The notes under the pieces: generated by a model
The model's database searches: none
What the model was told of the DNA's origin: nothing
The model's input: the letters and a program-made list of their open reading frames with translations, nothing else
Program-made: the position numbers and the translations under genes
Shown: in pieces, positions 25,936 to 38,041 of the stretch
Numbering within the stretch: position 1 is the stretch's first letter
Layout: each line of letters opens with the position of its first letter
Assembly (NCBI RefSeq): GCF_018350175.1
Contig: NC_058369.1
Span: forward strand, 151,652,001-151,716,000
Direction of reading: 5' to 3'
Length of the DNA stretch: 64,000 nt
Source of the DNA: Felis catus
Lineage: Eukaryota

Positions 25936-26140
25936 GAGGTGCCTGGGTGGCTCAGTCGGGTAAGCGTCCGACTTCGGCTCAGGTCATGATCTCACGGTTT
26001 GTGGGTTCGAGCCCCGTGTCAGGCTCTGTGCTGACAGCTCAGAGCCTGGAGCCTGCTTCGGATTCTGTGTCTCCCTCTTTCTCTGCCCCTCCTCCACTCA
26101 CACTCTGTCTCTGTCTCTCAAAAATAAATAAACATTAAAC
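25936..26140 (+). mobile_element. SINEC_Fc
   Basis: TSD aaaaagtatgataagcag / aaaaagtatgacaagcag. Confidence 0.97.
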
Positions 26141-26322
26141 AAAAAGTATGACAAGCAGCATTTCTAGATGACAATTTCAGAGCTGTCTTATTATCTGTTG
26201 TAAAACCTACAGTGAATTAATACTGAAGTCATTAATTTTTTAAAATTTCTAATCTTTCCCTTTCTTTTTAACAAGGTGATAGAACAGGCTGTGATTGCCT
26301 CAGTCAAAAAGGTGAATAAGAG

Positions 26323-26546
26323 TTTTTTAAAGGTTTATTATTTATCTTTAAGAGAGAGAGAAAGATGGGGGGTGAGCAGGAGAGGGACAGAAAAAGAGGG
26401 AGACACAGAATCCGAAGCAGGCTCCAGGCTCTGAGCCCTCAGCACAGAGCCTGATGTGGGGCTCAAACTGTCCCTGACCCTGAACCGTGAGATTATGACC
26501 TGAGCTGGAGCAGGACACCGGATCTACTGAGTCACCCAGGCGCCCC
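26323..26546 (-). mobile_element. SINEC_Fc
   Basis: TSD ggtgaataaga on both sides. Confidence 0.95.
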
Positions 26547-28681
26547 CTGGTGAATAAGATTTTTAATTGTGTTTCTGCATAAGTCCGTTTATGTTGGTTT
26601 GTGTAAATAGGGAACAGCGCTGCTAGATTAGCTGAAGTGAAATCGATCTAAGCTATGTTAAGGGGAGTGTTGTGGTAAGAGACTTTTCCATGGAAAGAGC
26701 GAGATGACAGAACCCCAGAGGTGCATGCAACCTTACTGTACAATAGCCACTGTTTCTGTGAAGCTTCTGAGGGGGAACAAAAAAAAAAAAAAAAAAGAAA
26801 ACGTGCATGAAGGACAAGGCCAAGCCAAGGAATACCAGGTTCTTAGCTGGGGCTTGGGGCTCGAACTACATTCTGAATAGTGATTTTGGCTGTGTTGCAG
26901 GCAAGGCAACTTTAATCCAGGCTAGAAATAGATCTGCGTTCTCAAAACATGTGAGCACTGCCCCTTTTCTCCTAAGCACACCCAGGAGTCTCATCCTCTC
27001 TGTGGGAAAACAAACAAGCCAGTGAGGAGTAAATAAGAAAGCAGTGACCTCAAAATCCAGACTTCCGTTGGTTCGGGCAGGCTGCCCTCAAGATGAACCA
27101 TCTATGAAGTGTGGCAGCAAAGAAACGTTGCCAAGGGGGAAGAACACCTTCAGCCAGGCTCACTGCAGTGAGAGCTCTACACTCGGCACAGATGGCCATC
27201 AAAGCGTTCTTTCCCATGACCGTGACCCATTCTTGGTAGAGGGCTTAGGGTGGAGTGGGAGGCGGAAACTCTGTCCATGCCCGCTGAGTAACAAAATGGC
27301 TGCTCTGTTCAGATAATTCAGCGGGCAAAGTGTCTCAGTGGTTTGATACCAATGAGAATTGCCTTGCAGACAGGGAACTTCATCGATGGAATTGTTGACT
27401 TTTAGACTTGTCCTAGGACCCAGAAAATACTGATTTATTCATCCAACAAATCTCTGTATTGAGGACTACCTACCAGAAGAGCGTTTGTGGTCGCAAAGAT
27501 CACTAAGAAAAAAAGTCTTGACAGTGCGACGCTCAGGTCCCAGTAACTGACAAAGAAATCAAACCGAGTGAGTTGATCCAAATGACGGGAGAAAGAGAGA
27601 ATGCCAGATCAGCCTTCATGCAGGATGGGTATTCCCATTTCCTTGGAAAGCTAGCACTTAAGAACTGCAAGCTTCATACTCTGAAAGACTAAATGGAGTA
27701 AACTCCAGTGATTCCAGTGTCTCAAAGATGCTTGATGTTCTTTGCCTTTGTTTTTTGTTTTTCAGAGCTGACCTTTTCTTAATGGTATTTTACTGTAACC
27801 CAGTTCATGTTCCATCAAATAGTAGGTTTAAAAAAGAAAATCCCATAGGACTTCCCTGGTAATTTTGCAGCCGTTTATTAGAATTTTAAGTACTTCAGAA
27901 AATGGACTTAAAAACCTCGCTTGAAAGAATTTGAAAGAGAAAAAATATTGACCTTTATAATAAATTGATACTGTTACAAAAATATACCCTAGAGAAGACT
28001 GGAAATGGTCATTTAGAGTTGGATACTAGCAAAGTAAGCTCTTTAATGTATCTCATAAATATATTTTATATGCCTTTCAAATGGCGAGAGAATAGTGCAG
28101 GCCACTTTTTTTCATCCATAATTATTTTCTTCTCATCGTAGGAATCCATTCAGTGTAATTTGTCCATGACATTTAGGTAGAAGTGGGAACATTTCCACTT
28201 CCTGTTTCTAAACACTGCAGCATTAACAATGTCAACTAGATCTTAGGTATTACAATAATGTTGACTCTAGGGATGGTTGCACAGTGGTGAGAATTGCATG
28301 ATGCTCTATTTGAGGTTCTACCTCCAGAAAAGTGGTCCTTATGATTGAAGTTTGAACACAGAAATAATGCATTGTCTTTGCAAGTGTATGATAAAGATCC
28401 TGGCTTGAGATTAAATAGGGCTCCCTTGGGCATGTCTAGGAATGGAAGAGGAAACACATTGTCTCACAATATTCTCTGCTTCTGTACATAGTGCCTCCCG
28501 GGCCTTCTCTTTTCTATCTCCCTCGAGTTCATACTTGGAGTACCGATGGTTCAAGAAATAAGGGAAGGTCTGAGAGCTCAACTAGGAACTTGGAATGGGA
28601 TCCTGAGTAAAGGACAGACAAGCCAGGGAAATGGATTGATCAGGCAAGGACCGGCAAGGTCTGCTGAGACAAAGTAGGCGT

Positions 28682-28990
28682 GCTAGTCAGGGTATAACAC
28701 TCTGAAAAATGAATCCTTAAATCTCACGACTTAACATTACAAAGGTTTATGTTATACTCAAAGTCCAACAGTGGTTGGTGGGAGGCTGAATTTTACCCAG
28801 ACACCAGAGAGCGAGAGCATGTCAGTGTGTGCATTCTGCAGGCGCTATGGCAGAGGTCAAGAGTGCTGGAAGGTTGCTCATCGGTTCTTACGTACTCTGG
28901 ATCAGATAGGATGCAGGTTTTTTCCGTCCTTGTCCATTGGCCAGAATTAGTCAAACGGCCCCCATGTGCAAGGGGCAGGGCAATATGCAT
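28682..28990 (-). mobile_element. MLT1 (J/K-like) MaLR LTR fragment
   Basis: tagtcaggg...ccttaaatctcacgacttaacattacaaaggtttat; ccattggccagaattagtca. Confidence 0.65.
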
Positions 28991-29589
28991 TTAGTGGGCA
29001 GCACACAACCACTGGGGGCCTGCGGTTGGTTATCCTGCTGACTGGTTACAAAACCAGCCCCTTGGTTTCTAATTCTGCCTTTGCCTAGGAAGCTGCTGCT
29101 TTCCCTTAACACTGGCAACCATGGTTCAGGTCAGTGGGCAGAGGCTCCACCCCAATGTGCTGTAGGTTTCTGATTTGTTTTGCCAATGATACCGATGGAA
29201 GTAGGAGTCAAGGCAGCATATTTCTGTGCGGTATTTCCTCTGTCAGTAGTCTCCTCAGGGCTGCGTAGTTGCCTACAGCATGTTTAGTCCAGGGAAGAGT
29301 ACACCAGGATCCATAACGAAGTCAAGTTCTTCTGCACTCTGTCTGTGTTTCCATTCCAAGAACTTTGCACTAACGGCCGTCAGGAAGGGCTTACCATGAT
29401 TTGGCTCTCCTGGTTCAGTACCTGCATGGCCACCCCCTCACAGGGGGAGGAAAAAGACGCAATGCCAGGTGCACCTCTGCCTCTCGCTCTCTAGCAGCTG
29501 AGAAAAACTTGCCAGTCCCCAGCTTCGGACCAAACCAGAATCTCGCCCCCTCTGTACCTTGTTTGGGCAAACCTCCACCTAAGGGCAAA

Positions 29590-30120
29590 TGAAAGGGCAC
29601 GGCCGGGTTCCTCGGTTGCGTGGGCGGCTACGGAAAACACGGTTTCCTTCTCCTGGGCATCTTCTGGCTCGTTCCGATGACTTGTGTCAAAAGCGTCTCC
29701 CCGGAGGGCAGCAGCGGAAGACCAAGAACGCACTGACGGGGCGAGAGCCCCGAGAACGCAAAGCATCAGCAGCATTCGTGCCAAGAAATCTCACGGCGGC
29801 AGAAGACCGTGCCAGCGGCTTTTGTCAGGACGACAGACAGGAGACTCAGCACACGTAACAAGACTCACGACATCAGGCTCAGTTGCCCTCTGCTCAAATG
29901 TCGGTCCTCGACACCGGGCCCTGGCAGCCTGGAGCGGATGTTGGCAGGCGCGGACGCTCTCTGTAGCGCCCTACAGTGCCCTGATGGGGCGGGTGTGGGG
30001 GCTGCGGTTTCGGAGGGTGCCAGCGGCACATTTCCTGCTGTTAGTCTTGGCAGAGACAGGGGACTGGATGCACAGCCCGCAGGGCCCGAGGGAGGAATAG
30101 AACGGCCTACACTGTGTAGC
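29590..30120. promoter_or_regulatory. Small orphan CpG island (candidate promoter/enhancer)
   Basis: About 40 CpG in 540 bp by hand count, GC-rich, GC box ggggcggg at ~29986; no recognisable TE. Confidence 0.65.
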
Positions 30121-30215
30121 AGGCAAGAGGGCTGATTCACAAAGCACCCCAGAGACTGTTCACAATTTTCAGAATCACTGGGGAGAGATCTGAGGGGTTG
30201 CATATGCAAAAAGAC

Positions 30216-30442
30216 TTTTTTTTTTTTTTAAGCTGAGACACCAATGTTAATGTTTACTTTTGGAGAGAGACAGAGCATGAGCGGGGGAGGGGCAGGGAGA
30301 GAGGGAGACACAGAGTCCGAAGCGGGCTCCAGGCTCTGAGCTGTCTGCACAGAGCCCAATGCGGGGCTCGAACTCACAGACCGTGAGGTCATGACCTGAG
30401 CCGAAGTCAGACGCTCAACCCACTGAGCCACTCAGGCGCCCC
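30216..30442 (-). mobile_element. SINEC_Fc with extra 3' unique segment
   Basis: TSD tatgcaaaaagactttt / tatgcaaaaatactttt. Confidence 0.96.
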
Positions 30443-30479
30443 TATGCAAAAATACTTTTGGCCTAAGATTGTGACCCAA

Positions 30480-30499
30480 GGGGCACCTGGGTGGCTCAG
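30480..30499 (+). mobile_element. Isolated 20-bp Can-SINE 5' head
   Basis: ggggcacctgggtggctcag, then unrelated sequence. Confidence 0.75.
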
Positions 30500-32574
30500 C
30501 CCTGCACTGTACCCCACCTGGTCCCAGAAGTCCGGTCGGTTCAGTGACATCACATGGTAGTTTGAAACCAGCTCTCGTGGAAGGTATTCACACTTACGCA
30601 AATCAGTGAATGTGAAAATTAGGGCTTTTTTGAGGGGGGAGTCAACAGCATTGTCCCCATTTACACTACTGTCCTCAGCTAATATTATGAGGTACAAAGA
30701 GTTGAATCAAGTTGAATTTTTCCTGTAGGCAACTGAGAGCTTTTGAAAGGAGGAATAATGTTTTCAAAGAGAATATTAAGGATATTAGTCTGGCACTGAT
30801 ACATAGGAAAGGCAAGAATTGAGAGACTTGTGTAGCCAGTAAATAGTTATGAGCCTCTTAACATAATCCAGGAATAAGGAATCAAGTACTTGAACTTGAG
30901 TGCTCATGGTATAAATAAAGAGGAAGAAATGAGCCCAAGAACCTTTTAGTTAAGACCTTGATTTTGGCAGACAAGGTCAGGGTGATTGGCCCTTAGTAGA
31001 CGCTCTTTAAATATGTGTTGAATTAAATTGAGTTTGAATGAAAATTTATTCACAAATTTCATTCTCTGTTCTTCCCACCAGCCCCCCCCCCCCCCCCGCC
31101 CCTGTTCTGTCTTAGATCATTCTTCATTCTGTTTGTTCTTTGCCTATACCTATTTCTGTTTCTTGGGTTGCTTTTTTCCCTTCCAATCGTTGTATTTTTC
31201 CCTACTTCATTTCTAGAATAATTGGTAACCAATCTTACTATCTGCTCAGAAATTTGGAAAACAAAATCGCTTGGCAGATAGGGTGATAGAGCTGTCCCTC
31301 CCAGAGATCAGGGAGTTGGTATTCCCCAACAAAGGTATTTCAACACAGGCTCTTTCTGGGTTGAAAAATACTTCCTACTCTCAGCATACTCCTTTATCTC
31401 ATTTCAGTAACATTTTATAGGTGGAAGCAACAAAATAAATGAAATATGAGTCACCTTTAAAACTTGTGGTGTGCCTGTCAAATTAATTGCACAACCCACA
31501 CACCAAACTCATTCCTTTAATTGAGTGTCTTATAGGTGCTACCCCTCAGCATAAGCTGTAGTTAATGATCAATTGTTGCCATAAATGATTTAACATTTGT
31601 GTACATGTGAGATGGCATGCCATAATTCATGGAAATGCCAATGCTGTGAAATAACCACAAACAGTGATAAATGGGCTGTCAATTTCTATATAATTACTCC
31701 AGATCTAACATCCTACTTTGTATGTTGAAATGCATTAGTGCATAACAAATGTGCATCATCCCAGTGATCAATATCCTATTTCAAATGAAAGTGTGTTATG
31801 GTATAATTATCATGTTATATTTTCTGATGATTTTTCTGTCCAGCTATGCTGTATTTCAATTTAAAAATAAAACCACCGATTGTCTACCTGGATTAGCCTG
31901 ACGCTACTGGTCATAATTAGCACATGGTTTGATATGTGCAGTTTTAATTTAGACATTAATTATCGCTTGTGACATCACTTGGGTGTTAGACGGTTTAATT
32001 TGTCCACTTGAAGTAGTATCTTCTGAATAGCTATCTTGTGCCCCAAATCTCATTCTCTGAGCCTTTGATCTGAAAACCTTTTTTTTTTTTTTAGTGTATT
32101 AGTATGGTTTTTTCTTCCTTTGCTTCTTCATTTTGCTTTCTCTTTCTTGATTCTCTTTATTTCATTTTGCTGAGGTAGTATTTTTAGGTTAAAGATGGAG
32201 GTCAACCAGATTGAACCAAAAATGAACTTAAAACGAGCTCTTTGACAGGCAAAAAAAAAATGTTTTTATACATTCAGATACTTTAAGAATTTTCTGGTAG
32301 TTTCTAGAAAGAATAGAGGGAATGTAAACACCTCAGTTTTGCAGGCATCCCTGGCCTAATCATGTGCTTAGAAAGGGCGAGGTACACCCTTGGCCTTGCT
32401 CAGCACCCCTAGGGATGAATGATAGGGAGTCACCAGTAATTTGAATGACACATGAGTCTGGCTTACCCATGCTCTAAGACTGTCACTCAGCTAGTGAGAG
32501 CCCTGGCTGACCCCTCAGCAGCTACCTGTCAGGGCCGCTCTCTTGTTCTCTCCTTGCCAAAACAATCAATTTCA

Positions 32575-33710
32575 TGTAATTTTTTGAAATTATTTTATTG
32601 GATAAATTTGACATGTAACACTGTGTAAATTTAAGCTGTACATGTTACTCTGAATATATATTGTAATAATGGTTTCTGTTGTAACAATATATATCACATT
32701 GCTTACTTGTTCTGCAATATTATTGTCTATGTTCAGTTAACTGTACAATAAATATCTATGGCTATTTTAGTACTTGTTACAAGTTTACTCTTAAACACTT
32801 CAGTCTTCCCCTCCCAGCCTCTATCCCCTGATAACCACTGTTTTACTCTGTTCTGTTTGTTCACATGCTTGGTTATTTTAGATTCCACATCTAAGTGATA
32901 TCATACAGTACTTGTCTTTCTCTGTCTGGTGTTCAAGGTCCATCCATGTTGTTGCACATGGCAGGAGATCCTCCCTTCTTGTGGCTGGATAGTATTTCAT
33001 TGCGTGTACATGCCATATCATTTTAATCCATTCATTTGTTGGCTGTTTCCATATCGTGGCTATGGTGACTAGTGCTGTGATAAACATCTGAGTTGTTTCC
33101 ATATCTTGGCTGTTGTGAATAGTGCTGTGATAAACCTGGGGGTGCATATCTTGCAAAACTCCTGTTTTCATTTCTTTTGGGTATATTCCCAAAGTGGAAT
33201 TGCTGGATCATGCGGTAGGTCTATTTTTAATTTTTGGAGGAACCTCCATATTGTTTTCCATAGTGGTTGGACTAATTTACATTCCCACCAACCGAGTGTA
33301 AGTGTTCCTTATTCATCACATCCTTCCCAATGCCTATTGTCTCTTTTCTCGATAATGGCCATTCTGACAAGTGTGAGGTGGTCTTTCATTGTGATTATAA
33401 TTTACTTTTCCCTGATGATGCATGATGTTGAGCACCTCCTCCCATGCCTGTTGGCCATCTGGATGTCCTCTTTGATTAAAAGTCTATTTAGTTCTTCTGC
33501 CCATTTTCTAATCAGATTTTTTTTTGTTATTATTTGTATGCATTCTTTATATATTTTTGATATTAACCCCTTATCTGACATATGGTGAGCAAAAATTTTC
33601 TCGCATTTTGCAGGCTGCCTTTTCATTTTGCTAATTGTTTCTTTTGCTGGGCAGAAGCTTTTGAGTTTGACGTAGTTCCATTGGTTGATTTTTGCTTTAG
33701 TTGTTTTTCA
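32575..33710 (-). mobile_element. 5'-truncated L1 (L1MA/L1_Carn-type): ORF2 C-terminus plus 3' UTR
   Basis: Frames encode [27 protein letters not shown] and GIYPKEMKT, degenerate L1 ORF2p. Confidence 0.95.
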
Positions 33711-33815
33711 AAAGCAATCGTTTTCGGAAGTTATATAATCTTAGTTTCTTTTTGAAAAAAAAATAGCCATTCACCGAAAGACAGTATTCTAGCAAAGGTT
33801 TAAAATAACGAATCA

Positions 33816-34041
33816 GGGGCACCTGGGTGGCTCAGTCGGTTAAGCGTCCGACTTGGGCTCAGGTCATGATCTCACGGTCCGTGAGTTCGAGCCCCGCATC
33901 GGGCTCTGTGCTGACAGCTCAGAGCCCAGAGCCTGTTTCGGATTCTGCGTCTCCCTCTCTCTCTCTGCCCCTCCCCTGTTCATGCTCTGTCTCTCTCTGT
34001 CTCAAAAATAAATAAATGTTAAAAAATATTTAAAAAATAAA
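33816..34041 (+). mobile_element. SINEC_Fc
   Basis: TSD taaaataacgaat on both sides. Confidence 0.97.
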
Positions 34042-34501
34042 TAAAATAACGAATTAACTTGTGATCTGAACTTCTATGGAGGAACAGTGTGATGCTTGAA
34101 GGAGACATAATTTGTGAGGAAGTGAGATACCTGAAAAACCTAAGATAGTGTTCCCAGCCTTGGGGATCAGGGGTCTCCAAACCGGGGAGATGGTGTATGT
34201 GCTTGCTCAAGGTCTATGGCACAGCATTGTGGTAGCAGCGGGCTTTCTTTGCAGTTCTCTGACCTTTCTGTGACTCTAGTAAACCCTCTCTGGCCAAGGG
34301 AATCCTGTATTTACTTACAATACAAACAGGGCAGAGAACACCCTAGGATAACTCTTCTTTGGCCTTGGCTGCATTTCTGAGGCTTCCTGACCTCCAGGAC
34401 TATCTCTGTCTTGCCTTTGCACCCACCCAAGCCCCATTGCTTCTCTTTGCCCCATGCTCTCTCAAAATAAGCCAGGATTTCTCTTTAAGTTTAGTACTTT
34501 T

Positions 34502-34721
34502 CTGTTTTTCTTTCTTTTTTTTTTTAACAGTTTATTTTTGAGAGAGACAGAGTGCGAGTGGGGGAGGGACAGAGAGCGAGAGGGTGACGCGGAATCCAAA
34601 GCAGGCTCCAGGCTCTGAGCCATCAGCACAGAGCCCGACACGGAGCTTGAACTCACAAACCGTGAGATGATGACCTGAGCCGAGGTTGGATGCTCAACCC
34701 ACTGAGCCACCCAGGCGCCCC
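34502..34721 (-). mobile_element. SINEC_Fc
   Basis: TSD aagtttagtact / aagttcagtact. Confidence 0.96.
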
Positions 34722-35089
34722 TAAAGTTCAGTACTCTTCAAACCTCGCATGATCAACCGAATGCATTTTCTGAATTCTTCCTTCTCTGTCCTGTCACTTC
34801 CCAGTATGAATTTTAAAATAGGCCCTTAATGACCACTTAACCTGATTTTATTCCCCACTCAAGCTTTCTTTGTTCCAAACCTTCTGACCGTTGTTCTGTC
34901 CTGCGTTCTGGCTGTGCTCTATCCTCAAGCTTTTACCCGAGATAAACAATTCTCGGCTCCAGTTTTTCCTCCATCAATTCCCGTTCATTGGGCAGACAAG
35001 TCTTGGTCCCTTTTCCAAAAGAAGCTCTTTCTGATCTTCCAGAGTCGGTGAAACCCCCTTGTCAGGCCATCTCTGCGTCTCAGTTTTAC

Positions 35090-35285
35090 ATTTATTTGAT
35101 TATTGGGTTAACATCTTCCTTCTCCACTAGACTGTAAGAGGTTCAAGGGCAGGGGTTATAGCTGCTTTTGCTGAGAATACTTGCTAATACCCGCCCCCAC
35201 TGTGTGCATGAGTGTGTGCATAGGTGTGCGTATGTATGTGTGTACGTGTGTCTGTTTAATGAATTGCTGGACAGATGAACAGGCA
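35090..35285 (+). mobile_element. L2 3' end
   Basis: ccactagactgtaag...aagggcagggg...tgtttaatgaattg. Confidence 0.65.
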
Positions 35286-35479
35286 GATGGAAACTCATTA
35301 CACAAATTTGCAACTGCATTGGGAAATTATCTCTCTCTTCATATCCGACAGCAGATATGAACATTTGTAACAGAAATTATAACTTCGGAGGACAATTTCA
35401 AAACTTCTCTAAAATAGAATATCCTGAAAGCTGTATGAGAATGCATTTTAAAAACAGAATACACAAAAGACTGTCCTAT

Positions 35480-35620
35480 ACGTGGTCTCACTGAATCCTC
35501 AGAACAGCCCTATCCCCATTTCAAAGACAAGGAAGGTGAGATCAGATACGGTAAGGAACTTTTTCAAGGACATTTGAACCCAGAATGTCTGATTCTTAGG
35601 ACAGATCTTTTTCCATAACA
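35480..35620 (-). mobile_element. MIR fragment
   Basis: tctcactgaatcctcagaacagccctatccccatttcaaagacaaggaa. Confidence 0.65.
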
Positions 35621-35759
35621 CAAAACTGCTCTCATTCCTCCTATGAAACAATATAATATTCTCAGTTTAATGGTTGACTTGATGTTGTAAAATGGTGAAT
35701 TTTTATTTCAGTGATGCTTTATAGTAGAATTTTCTTTTGTGGGAAGATATCAATAGAGG

Positions 35760-36280
35760 TGATAGGGAATCGGAGCAAGCCACCCCAAAATATGTATGGC
35801 ATACGTAATGGAAGACACTTGATGCATGAAACAGTAGATGCATGAAAAGCGTTCTGACCTTCCTTCTTCTTCCAGAAAGCAGGAGATTAAACTCCCTTGT
35901 GAAAGGTACCCAACCAGTAAGTACCAGAGGAAGGAAAACATTCTTATCATCAAGACAGGGAGTCAAGGCCAAGAAACCTGTAGAAACAGGCTTTGTTAAA
36001 CTAACTCTTATCTTCCTAGTTACTTTCCCATAATTAACTGCCCTCCACCAAACCCCTTTGTCTTGTCACGTTTTCACAATTTACTGCTCTTGTCCAATCT
36101 CTTATGGAAGCATTTGGCCCTAACTGCTTCTTTGTGCTGTTCACTTCTCTTGTGAAGGCTCCCATGGACCTATCAGCATCACTAAATGAAATGTGTGTGC
36201 TGTTCTCCTGCTTAAGTCAGTTTAATTCTTAGGCCCAGCCAGAGACCCAAAGAGGGTAAAGGAGAAATTTCCCCTTAGAA
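35760..36280 (+). mobile_element. MER34-like ERV1 solo LTR
   Basis: gccaccccaaaatatg 5' motif; gtcagtttaattcttaggcccagccagagaccc 3' motif. Confidence 0.8.
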
Positions 36281-36608
36281 GGTCAATCAACAGATTGGGA
36301 TGTTTACCTGCAATATCGATTTAGGTAACATTTTTTCATAACACTGCTATCAACGAACATACTACAGCTCTTTGTCCGTGACATAAAGTTGAAACATTTT
36401 TTCCTTTTTATCTAGAGGTTTTCAAACATCCCTATGTTGAGCAGCTTAACCCTGGCAGGCATAGTCTGTTGTTCTTGAAGACAGAAAGTCTGAGAGAGAG
36501 ACAGGCATTTCTAAGATGAGTGTCATCAAATAGACACAAAGCTGTGGGAAATATTTGTCTTGATTCACTCTTTGTGGTCAAAGGAAAATCACAAATCAGG
36601 AAGAGCAC

Positions 36609-37071
36609 CATGGTGGTTGATTTTTATGTGTTAACTTAACTGGGCCATGGGGGGCCCAGAGAGTTGGCCACACGTTTTTCTGGGTGTGTCTTAAGGGTGT
36701 TTCTGGGTAAGGTTAACATTTGTGTTGGTAGACTGAGTAAAGCAAATTGCTCTCCTCAATGTGGGTGGGCCTCATCCAATCAGTGGAATACCTGAATAGA
36801 CATAAAGCCTGAATAACAGGCAGCCTGATTGTTTGATCTAGGATGTTGGTCTTTCCTGCCTTCAGGAAGGAACTGAGCTGAAAAAATATTTCTGCTTGGG
36901 TCTCAAGCCTGGCAGTGTTCAGACAGGAGACCATTGGTTCACCTGCTTGTAAGGTCTTTGGACTCAGACTCAGACTATAACTACACCATCAGCTCTCCTG
37001 GGTCTCCAGCTTGGTGACTATATATATCGCCATATATTTATATGTTTCTCTGGGGAATCTTGACTAACACA
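36609..37071 (+). mobile_element. MLT2 (ERVL) LTR
   Basis: tggttgatttttatgtgttaacttaactgggcca...aatgtgggtgggcctcatccaatcag...gactaacaca, then gattttggtac. Confidence 0.9.
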
Positions 37072-37221
37072 GATTTTGGTACAGTAAGCTATGGGGGTGA
37101 TGCTGCTACCCTAGTGGGCCTGGAAGGTGGGACAGAGAGGCAAAGGGGATTATTCGCAAACCTAATCTAATAGAATTTGCCATGGCCAGGGCGGGGAGGG
37201 GGGAGCTGCGGGGGTGAGGGT

Positions 37222-37445
37222 GCGGCGCCTGGATGGCTCAGTCGGTTAAGTGTCCAACTTCGGCTCAGGTCATGATCTCGTGGCTCATAGGTTCAAGTCC
37301 CACATCAGGCTCTGTGCTGACAGCTCAAAGCCTAGAGCCTGTTTCAGGTTCTGTGTGTATCTCTCTCTCCCCCTCCCCTGCTCACTCTCTCTCTCTCTCA
37401 CAAAAATAAATAAAACATTAAGAAAACTAAAAAAAAAAAAAAAAG
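37222..37445 (+). mobile_element. SINEC_Fc with G-rich 5' extension
   Basis: TSD gaatttgccatg (37173-37184) / gaatttgccttg (37446-37457). Confidence 0.94.
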
Positions 37446-37641
37446 GAATTTGCCTTGATAGCCTTTGAACCTGCTTGGGCCTTCTTCCTCTTTCTTCCTT
37501 CTAATTTCTCCCTTTGGGAACGGGTATGTCTATCCCATGCTTGTCTCACCACTGTATTTTGGGAGCACATAATATGTCTGCTTTCAGAAGTTCACAGCTA
37601 GACATGAATTTTGCCTCAGGATCAATTGTACCTTTAGTCTT

Positions 37642-37866
37642 TTTTTTTTTTAATTTTTTTTTTAATGTTTATTTATTTTTGAGACAGAGAGAGACAGAGC
37701 ATGAATGGGAGAGGGTCAGAGAGAGAGGGAGACACAGAATCTGAAGCAGGCTCCAGGCTCTGAGCTGTCAGCACAGAGCCCGACGCGGGGCTCGAACTCA
37801 CGGACCGTGAGATCATGACCTGAGCCGACGTCGGACGCTTAACCGACTGAGCCACCCAGGCGCCCC
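37642..37866 (-). mobile_element. Young SINEC_Fc
   Basis: Perfect 15-bp TSD tgtacctttagtctt. Confidence 0.98.
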
Positions 37867-38041
37867 TGTACCTTTAGTCTTAACCCGCATTTGATTTAGA
37901 TGATTTGGGGGGAGATTTTGGACATTTGGTTTTAGAGTTGATGCTGGAACAAGTTAAGACTTTTGGGCTGTTGGGAATAAATGAATATTTTGCATGTGAG
38001 AAGGACAGGAATTTGGGGTGGGGGGAGTCCAGGGCTGGGAC

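Larger units (their letters stand above)
37072..38041 (+). mobile_element. MaLR (MLT1A-type) internal 3' segment, interrupted by two SINEs
   Basis: aatttctccctttgggaacggg...ccactgtattttgggagc...gttaagacttttggg...tgtgagaaggacaggaatttgggg (PPT-like). Confidence 0.8.

Noticed and set aside
29961-29982. CTCF-like motif in the CpG island
   Set aside because: Two mismatches at core positions of the consensus
32878-33626. ORFs similar to a reverse-transcriptase protein C-terminus
   Set aside because: Frameshifted remnants of L1 ORF2 in a truncated element
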